Source: Tubiluchus corallicola (taxonomy: Eukaryota > Animalia > Priapulida). From it: 18,723 nt of DNA. The DNA lies in contig JAQGDQ010001982.1 in the NCBI GenBank assembly GCA_030141605.1, forward strand, positions 1 through 18,723, read 5' to 3'. Shown here one piece after another: positions 9,101 to 16,629 of this stretch; the stretch's first letter is position 1; each line of letters begins with the position of its first letter. Position numbers and translations under genes: made by a program. The notes under the pieces were generated by a model. That model was not told the origin of the DNA and searched no databases. It was given only the letters and a program-made list of their open reading frames with translations.

Positions 9101-12100
9101 AGAAATGAAAAGTTTCTTTGCATTAATTCCCAGCTGCGTGTTATGGATGCTCGTTACTAATTAGAAAACCTTCATTAATGAGACCACCACTTACCTGGAT
9201 GATCAAATCCATACCGATTTAGAATATATTGATCGTGACCCGGCGTAGGTTTGTTAATGTATGCCTCAAGCAGAGCCAGGATATCATTGGAGAATCTTGT
9301 TTTTCTCAATTTTACCAAGTCCATTAGAAGAAGACCAGAGTTAAAACCTTAAAATACATGCTTCATAATAAGTAATTGTTCCTATTCAATGGTAATTGTA
9401 TCCCGCGATAATTGACTAATCTAATTATAGCCTAGGGTTATTGACAAATTTTAAAAACATTTTTGTAAAACACGCTATCCAACGCATAAAATAGGATGTA
9501 GGTCAGCAAGTGCATCACGATTGGCCGTCGCCATATTCGTCAGTATCATCGCCAACGCCATCTTCGTCAGTGTCTTCACAATCAGTGTTCACAAATTTTC
9601 ACGTTAGTTCCAAACAATTTAATATTAATTATTGTTTTGTTTTCCTCCAAAATTCAACTATTACATAATCTCAGTCTACTTTCTAATTATTAAGTTTGTA
9701 TAATTGCTACAATATTCCACAGTTTTCAACACTTTGTTACAATTGCTTACAAAGTTAATCCCTTGCACAATCATTAATTAATAAGAAGCTGGTACTGCTG
9801 CATCATAACGAAGTTCTTTGCTCCTCTCACATCTTTACCCACTTTAACCGTTTTTCCCAACTGAAAACTGTTTCTGCCACCAAAGGTAGTCAGCCTAAAG
9901 TGGAGATGTCCAAAGCCGGGACCCAGCGACTACTCAACCGAGTGCCAAGTTCGGTCACTATGAGGCATGTGCGTCTCCGTTTAGCCATTTGTCGCTGGAC
10001 TATGGCCGGTTGACACCACCCGGGAGGGGGTAGGAGTACGACTTTGCTATCAGTCTGAGAGGCTGCGAGGTCAGCCTCTGCCAGTAAGAGAGTCACGTTC
10101 AGACTGCAACCTATGTAAGCTTGTCACCCATGGTGCACTTCCCCTTTTTGTTCTCGGTACTTGGATGTTTCCCATGCGTCTCCTAAGCCACTTAGTTGTA
10201 AAATGTGGCTGGTTGGCACCCTCGTAAGGATTAGGAGTACGGCTTGCTCGACAGTCTGTGAGATTGCCCTCTCAACCTCTACTTGGGACGAAATCAAAGC
10301 CAGACTGCAACCTTTTAGCCCGTAAGATGCACTACTGGTGGTGCCCTTCCGTCAATTCCTTAAAGTTTCAGATTCACCCCCGGTCGAGGGTGACGTCCTA
10401 GCCGTTAATGGCACCTCCTGCGGTGTACTTCCCTTTCTGTTCTCGAACCTTGGATATTTCCTCTGCGTCTCCTAAGCCACTTAGTTGTAAAATGTGGCTG
10501 GTTGGCACCCTCGTAAGGATTAGGAGTACGGCTTGCTCAACAGTCTGTGAGATTGCCCTCTCAACCTCCGCTTGGGACGAAATCAAAGCCAGACTGCAAC
10601 CTTTTAAGCCACACGATGCACTACTGGTGGTGCCCTTCCTCCAGTTCCTTTAAGTTTCAGAGTAGCGTCCTACATTTTCCTCCCTGTGTGGGAGTTTACT
10701 GGTTGGGACCTTGTGGAGGTGTAGGCACGATTTTCCGACATTCAAATCTGCTGCTTACTGTATGGTAATTCAGTTCCTCACTGCCTGGCCTGGAGGATTT
10801 CCAACAGCAGTCATTACGTACAAATGATTACAGTTTTGGTGGCTCTTGATCATTTGACAATTTCACCAGATGCAATAACTTTCTACTCAACTGAATTGGG
10901 AATATGGAGTACGGAGTGAACAATAGTACTTATTATGTCAGACTTCCTACCATGATTTTACCTGCCCAGTAATTTATCGTTGATCACAACATGTGATCAA
11001 GTTCTGGTTGTCCTTTACGTAATTATACAACTTTGATGTAAAACTCCCCTCTAATTCGTTGAGCAGTAGCGTCTGAAGTTTTACGCAACGTATTTATTAA
11101 CCTCAGCATATTTCGTATTTAGAGGTCGTTTATGCATGCTTAGTTATTGACACCTTATTTTAGCTACTACTAAAAACACCAGAAAGCATGTGAATATACT
11201 GAACAAGCTGGATGAGTAAAAAAAATAATGAAAAGCTAGCTTATCAGATTAATCTACTGAATAATTCACGATTTAAAATTAAAACGTCATTTCCTCGTCA
11301 TTCCAGTGTGCACCACTGTCCATTTTCAAAACTAACGCTATTCACTACGTCACTCACGTTATTAAAAGTAATTTAAATTTTGCTTAGTTAGCGAAGACGG
11401 AACTCTGTTGTGTTTTGTTTCACTCGGAAGGCTCGTAGAGAAAACCAGAAAACACGTCGTCAAATTAAACTAGTTTATTAAGCGAGAATTATACAACACA
11501 AAAGTATTAAGAAAACGCGAAGTGATTACACTAAACGTGAAAATCTGGAAAACGTTTAAGTGTATCCGAAAATGTAAGTATACAAGGGAATTTGTAAGTG
11601 GCGTCCGTGTGAATCCGTGTGTCCGTCTCAGCGGCCTGCTTCGCCTTATATAGCGCGCCCAAGAAGCTTCCAGAAGTTTTGCCCTAGAAAATTCCACACG
11701 GTAAGACGATTATTCCAACAGAACATTCTACAATGTTTCATGTAATTCTAATAGACGCCAGCGATCTGCACAACAAACTCTAATTAGTTTTCGAATTTTA
11801 CTCAATAAAAATGAAACGATAGTTGAAAAACTTAATTAACGACCGAGGAGCCCAATTACAGTAGTGACGACATTTTCAACAACATCAACATTCGATGAGA
11901 GTCTTGCACGTGTTTCCGAAAGCGAAAATTGAAGTACAGGGCGGGCTATTGTACAACAATCAATGTGATATACAAAAAAAAATCGGCAAATAATATTTGT
12001 AAGTTAAACACTGTGTTCCTCATGAGCTCTCGATCGTGGGCACTACGTCACCACTGAACTTCTGTGAAATAAGAGGTGCAGCCCTTTTTTCGGCAACGCG

Positions 12101-15100
12101 TTTCCGAGATGTAGGCGCTAGAGCTCGTCTGTCTTGTCGTAGAGAACATGGGAAGTCATTACGTTACGGATATTAACTAAAATTATTAAAAGATTTTTTT
12201 ACCGTTAATGCCATAAATTCGAGTATCGGTCGTTCTCTTTTTCACAACTTGATCAAAACCATGTTCCTCGACGTCATCTGCCATGATCACTCCCAGTGCT
12301 TGAGTTCTATTCATTTTATTAAAATAAGACCAGAGTTCTTCCAGTGGTCTCATTATAATCATATCTACGTCTAAGTAAATGACTTTTTCCAGTGTAGAAA
12401 GAATGTCCTGTTAATGAGAAAGTTTCAATTAATAGTTGATAGTAACTTATTAGAAATAGGATTTTATCATTTTCATAAGGTAATCATCGCAAAAACAGTG
12501 AATTTCTGTTTTAATTGAATAGGGTCTGTTACGACTAGTGCAGATGGGGCAGGCCTGACTAGATGTAAGGTAGTCACTGGAGGTTGCTTGGCCGAGCAAT
12601 AAGTTTACATAAAATTTTACTTTAAAGAGGGATCTGCCCACAAACTCCAGATAGTGGCTTCGCAGCAAGGGTAGTCTACGGGGGGCGCTACCACTTCAAG
12701 ATGGTATTGGTTCTTGTGGGATTCTGTATTAGCACTTGTCGGTTAATCTAATTAAATGCAACAGGACAATGATGCAACAATAATAATTATAGTATACTGT
12801 TATCACTTTTAATGACAAAACATTAGGCACGAAAATCAAACCGACGAAATATGTCATTAAAGCACAATACATCAAAACAAAACATTGGCAAAAATATCCG
12901 AAAAAGCTATTGGGCAAAACTGAAAGCAAAATTAAGCGATAACACCAAAAATAAACAGTGTTCATAACTAACATATTATAATGACCTGGTAATATTTCTA
13001 TTGGACATAAGATAAACTAGCCGTAGCAAATGTTTGTCTAAGGGCTTAACTTAACTACCAGCCACCCTGGGGAAATGCTAGCAAGTGAACGGGTTAAGAG
13101 CAGCATTCAGGGCTGTGACGTCACGTGTAAATTAGCAGCATCCAGGAAACATTTCGTTGCTAAACTTCATGCACAATTTCAATGTCTGGCATGACTTCAA
13201 CTCGTGTAGGATCACGTTGAATACAACTAATCCGTCTGTACCCATCGCACGCTGCATAGTAAGGCAAAGAATAAATCAACTTACAGATCGGGGTCCCGTG
13301 AAATAATCTGAAGCTCTAGACACCTCTTGCTGGCCTCCAATAAACAAGAGAACTGTCGTCTATCGCTCAGCAGGTAGTCCTCCAGCCACAAGTACTATCA
13401 CCATAACATCGGGTGCTTGGGACTCCATTAACTGTCCAAAATCCTCACCCATCAACTATGACGGCAGCAATCAAAAGTAGTTAAATGAACAAACACTTTC
13501 ATTCGAAAGTTCAGCAAAACTGCAATTACGAAAAGTCTGACCTATGTAATGTTTTCAGGTCCAATACCAAAGCTCAACTCTAATTCTACCTTGTACACCT
13601 GTACCGTGACGAGTTTTCTGGGTCACCTCTCCGCTTTCACAAGTTGATCAGACGGCTTCATATCGCGCACAAAATTGAATGCTACAAACCAACCCGCAGA
13701 ACTTAAAATTCCTAAATCTTGGGTTTAAAGGGCAACTGAACCATTTTTAATACTTGTTTTCAGGTTTAGTTGATAATATGACAATAGCTTGGTTGTCATA
13801 TTGATTATTATTATTGATAACTTTCTGGGGGAAAGTAAACAGTATGTTACAGGGTCTTTATTGTAAGTCAGTGAATGCGTGAGTGAGTGAATGTGTGGGT
13901 GAACTTATGTGTGTGTGCGCGCGTGCGTGCGTGTGCGTGCGTGCGTGTGAGTGACTGTGTTAGTGTGTGAGAATGAGTGTGTGAGTGAATGAGTAGATGA
14001 TTGACTGAAAGTGTGTGTGAGGGTGAATGTGTGAGTGAGTGAATGTGTAAGTGAGAAAGTGGGTGTGTGAATGAATGAGTGGTGACTGAGTGAAAGTATG
14101 TGTGACTGTGTGTGAGGTGAGTGTGTGTGTGTGTGCGTGCGTGCGCTTGCATATGTGTGTGTAAGTGCGTGAGTGTGTGAACTGATAATAAGTGATCATC
14201 ACTACCATAAAATGGGACATAATCCTCTGGGCTATTTGGTATGTGGAATACACAAAGGCCGCACAAATACGCAGAGACTAAATTATGTAATGAATCCAAT
14301 GCACCTTGAAGAAGTTTTTTCCAGCAATTTTTTGTCATGTTGTTTTAAAACTTCTGTATCTTTGTAAGAATCTGAGGAAGTGCCTAAAGTTTTTCTGTTC
14401 ATACAAAAGCGTGGGTGTTACATTAGAGCGTAAATTTCAAACTATTACCTTATTTCGCTTTTATAATATCGTGATCAAAACTTCGACAATTTTTTTACTT
14501 CGCCCAGTAGAATAACGAAACAATTTACTCACAGGAAGAAAAAGTGGTATACTTTGGCCTGGTTTAAACTTTTTCACATGTTCGCGAGGTACGTCTATCA
14601 TATCAAGTGGATAAAAGATGTAATCCGCCTTCCTATACTTTTGCCATTCCTGTAACTAAAAAAATGATGAAAGAAAGTTATTTTAGTGTTCCAAATTTCA
14701 CATTTGGGATCAAAGGGATTTTTAAGAATTTGGTCCATTTCGCTTGCGTTCTTACTTTGACCAGACTGTACCCAATCATAACACGTAAAAAACATTTATA
14801 ATAAGGACGGCAAAAGCAATAGTTTTAAAAACGTAAAAACTATCGTTTAAAACTCAGCAACTCTCACCATCAACAGTAAATTTCAGCAAATCTCCAATAT
14901 TAAATCTCCATGTCACTGCACACTGATTAAATTATTTGTGTTAATCTCCTTGTTGTTTCCATAAGTTACAGCAGTAGGTAAAACCACATAAATTTCATTG
15001 TATGTATTATGCTACAATGACAATAAATTGTTTGCTTACTTAATGCACGCACCACAATGAGTGAAGTGAAGACAATGCACACATTACAAAGATGTCATAT

Positions 15101-16500
15101 GATGCCCATATCACAATGATTGCACACAATGGACAGATTACTATCAATGAACACAATGCACACATTACAAAGATGTCATACGATGCACATATCACAATGA
15201 CTGCACACAATGGACAGATTACTATCAATGAACACAATGCACACATTACAAAGATGTCATACGATGCACATATCACAATGACTGCACACAATGGACAGAT
15301 TACTATCAATGAACACAATGCACACATTACAAAGATGTCATACGATGCACATATCACAATGACTGCACACAATGGACAGATTACTATCAATGAACACAAT
15401 GCACACATTACAAAGATGTCATACGATGCCCATATCACAATGACTGCACACAATGGACAGATTACTATCAATGAATACAAGGTACGGAACACATTTTTAG
15501 TAATCAGTCTAAACACAGATCACAATGACTGAACACAATGCATGCATCCGAATGACTGAAAACAGTGCATACATCGCAATGGCTGAAAACAGTGCATACA
15601 TCGCAATGACTGAAAACAGTGCATACATCGCAATGGCTGAAAACAGTGCATACATCGCAATGGCTGAAAACAGTGCATACATCGCAATGGCTGAAAACAG
15701 TGCATACATCGCAATGGCTGCAAACAAAGCACACTGCACAAACTGCGGTGATTGCATACGTTGCACATATCACAATGACTGAACATAATGCACACATCAC
15801 AATGACTGCACACTACGCACATATCACAGTGAATGAACATGGTGTACACATCGCAATGACTGAAAACAATATACCCATCACAATGACTGAACACAATGCA
15901 TACATCACAATGGTTGCAAACAAAGCACACGCTGATGACATTCGATGCACACAACACAATGACTGAACACAATGCACACATCATCATGGCTTAACACAAC
16001 TACATGCACAACAAATGACGAGTCATAATCATCAGTATGTAAATAGTTTGCTGTGTATGGGTGAACCATAGGACGTACCATTTGATAGCCCCAGAGGAAA
16101 AACCGAATCTAGATTCATACTAAAAGAGAATAGAGAGTTTCTTTACACCACTATGCCTGTATTAAAAATTAAATCAATGCTTGTCACATTACTCTGCAAA
16201 CTTGTGTCAGTAAATAAGTTCGCTCATTAGCTAACATAATAGCTACCTATTTAATGAACCGAGTACACGTTGCAATGACTCACCTTCATTTTCACAATGT
16301 CTTTTGTTTCAGAACTGCTGACTATGATATGTAGTTGAACAGGCACTGAAGTCACCATTAAGGCACTTTTCAACATAACTAAAGCCTCCTCTGTGTATAT
16401 CTCGCTGCCAGCAATACTAATAGCCAAGTGTAGTACACTTTGAAACTGCTTGTATCCATCGAATGAACTCTGTTTAAAAGAGAGCTGATTAACATAACAG
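6013..16500 (-). CDS. GXYLT1: Glucoside xylosyltransferase-like gene (GXYLT1/2/shams family, GT8); 5'-partial, 6 exons in window; exact orthology uncertain
   Basis: Manual splicing of join(16500..16284,14655..14533,12407..12203,9347..9195,8159..7972,6168..6013) gives one uninterrupted frame with canonical AG/GT sites and intron phases 0,0,1,1,0. Motifs occur in GXYLT order: LHLAI...EEALVMLKSA, FKP...LFLP, IYLDVD (DxD), GFNSGLLLMDL, DQ.ILN, PCEWN, ILHGN. Confidence 0.88.
6402..7408 (+). mobile_element. Probable LTR of an LTR retrotransposon; boundaries uncertain
   Basis: Starts TGTCACACGA. Candidate ends are TGACA (7267) or TCGTGTAGGACA (7408, flanks AAAT/AGAT as an imperfect 4-bp TSD). TATA-like motifs at ~7070 and ~7140 are followed by AATAAA at 7196; no coding capacity recognised. 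Confidence 0.45.
7972..8159 (-). CDS. GXYLT-like exon (EKILVIPCEWN...MGILHGNTQIF...LYSK)
   Basis: Acceptor TTATTTTTCAG, donor GTATGT, 188 nt. Carries the PCxWN and ILHGN motifs of GT8 xylosyltransferases. Confidence 0.92.
9195..9347 (-). CDS. GXYLT-like exon (GFNSGLLLMDLVKLRK...GHDQYILNRYGFDHP)
   Basis: Acceptor TATTTTAAG, donor GTAAGT, 153 nt. Carries the GT8 NSGxxLxxL and DQxxLN motifs. Confidence 0.93.
10330..10371 (-). pseudogene. 18S rRNA-derived fragment (copy B)
   Basis: Minus strand CTGAAACTTTAAGGAATTGACGGAAGGGCACCACCAG matches the conserved eukaryotic SSU sequence CTGAAACTTAAAGGAATTGACGGAAGGGCACCACCAG (recalled, not searched) at 36/37 positions. Not a functional rRNA gene. Confidence 0.85.
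10604..10660 (-). pseudogene. 18S rRNA-derived fragment (copy A)
   Basis: 34/37 match to the same SSU segment, continuing TAGTGCATCGTGTGGCTTAA against 18S GAGTGGAGCCTGCGGCTTAA (15/20). Confidence 0.8.
11406..11775 (-). mobile_element. Solo LTR (370 bp) with 5-bp target-site duplication
   Basis: Perfect 7-bp inverted termini TGTTGTG...CACAACA, flanked by AACTC at 11401-11405 and 11776-11780. Minus-strand TATATAA (11652-11646) is followed by AATAAA (11479-11474). Confidence 0.88.
11646..11728 (-). promoter_or_regulatory. LTR promoter: TATA box with adjacent heat-shock elements
   Basis: A full nGAAnnTTCnnGAAn (AGAAGCTTCCAGAAG, 11662-11676) lies ~10 bp upstream of TATATAA, with further GAAnnTTC at 11687-11694 and 11721-11728. 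Confidence 0.6.
12203..12407 (-). CDS. GXYLT-like exon with DxD motif (DILSTLEKVIYLDVDMIIMRPLEELW...IYGIN)
   Basis: Acceptor TTCTCATTAACAG, donor GTAAAA, 205 nt. The YxDxD...RP...W pattern is typical of GXYLT; the phase 1 end joins the GFNSG exon. Confidence 0.93.
13870..14180. repeat. Compound (GT)n/(GTGA)n/(GTGC)n microsatellite
   Basis: Directly visible low-complexity run; it explains the His/Thr-rich ORFs. Confidence 0.95.
14533..14655 (-). CDS. GXYLT-like exon (LQEWQKYRKADYIFYPL...KKFKPGQSIPLFLP)
   Basis: Acceptor TTTTTTTAG, donor GTGAGT, 123 nt, phase 0/0. Corresponds to the family segment KKLFKPCASQRLFLP. Confidence 0.9.
15050..15995. repeat. 27-bp minisatellite with an 81-bp (3-mer) higher-order block
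   Basis: 81-bp period in ~15072-15478 (CATTACAAAG at 15082, 15163, 15244...). A pure 27-bp period GCATACATCGCAATGGCTGAAAACAGT occupies ~15555-15720, with diverged 27-mers beyond. Confidence 0.95.
16284..16500 (-). CDS. GXYLT-like exon (…VLHLAISIAGSEIYTEEALVMLKSALMVTSVPVQLHIIV…KMK)
   Basis: Lies inside ORF 16251..16580; donor GTGAGT; acceptor TTTGCTTTTGCAG, with an alternative TTTTAAACAG ~30 nt downstream. Resembles the family segment HLAVVACG..EE...MLKSA. Confidence 0.85.
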
Positions 16501-16629
16501 CTGCAAAAGCAAATTAGGACACTTAAATTTTTCCCACAATTGTTAATATTATTTACCAGTTTTAAACTATCAGTATGCAAAAGTTTCTAGTGTAGGCCTG
16601 GTTAATTTACCTGGCCAGGTAAATAAATT

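Larger units (their letters stand above)
10131..10661. repeat. Direct repeat, two ~240-bp copies at 289-bp spacing
   Basis: 10131-10372 aligns with 10421-10661; the core GCGTCTCCTAAGCCACTTAGTTGTAAAATGTGGCTGG... is identical at 10176 and 10465. Confidence 0.93.
9971..10806 (-). ncRNA. Tandem array of four predicted pseudoknotted RNA modules, candidate HDV-like ribozymes (10806-10665, 10601-10465, 10312-10176, 10111-9971)
   Basis: Each module has the order GGTTG / stem-loop insert / CGT-R-CTCC / short hairpin / CAACC / hairpin / GGAG-ACG. Stems change compensatorily between copies (CTCC:GGAG vs CCTAC:GTAGG; CCAC:GTGG vs CCAT:ATGG). Folded by eye only. Confidence 0.5.

Noticed and set aside
9971-10601. 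Group I intron, lariat-capping ribozyme or RNase P interpretation of the modules (similar crossing-stem topology; the 18S junction is near known intron sites)
   Set aside because: The bulged stem lacks the group I P7 G-C guanosine-binding arrangement, there is no downstream rRNA exon, and no RNase P consensus regions are seen. Not strictly excluded without a covariance-model search.
9890-10768. Short ORFs over the structured region; hammerhead or twister ribozyme
   Set aside because: The frames are not conserved between repeat copies. No CTGATGA/GAAA core is present, and GTCCCAAGC lacks twister flanks and is not conserved in the second copy.
10980-11000. Hairpin TTGATCACA-ACA-TGTGATCAA and a nearby PBS-like TGGTAGG on the minus strand
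   Set aside because: The dyad is isolated, the tRNA match is too short, and it is not adjacent to the defined LTR end.
12620-13760. TTAA-associated transposon-like ends (GGGTTAA ~13091, TTAAAGGG ~13725) and a CTCF-like GGGGGGCGCTA at ~12680
   Set aside because: No matching partner terminal repeat was found, and the motifs are too short to support a call.
13868-14367. ORFs with His/Thr repeats and a 'YVPFYG' segment resembling GXYLT 'PYYG'
   Set aside because: They derive from the microsatellite, and the equivalent GXYLT segment is already encoded by exon 12407-12203.
15040-15987. Cys-rich repetitive ORFs resembling metallothionein
   Set aside because: They are open in several frames on both strands because of the 27-bp unit, and they lie within an intron.
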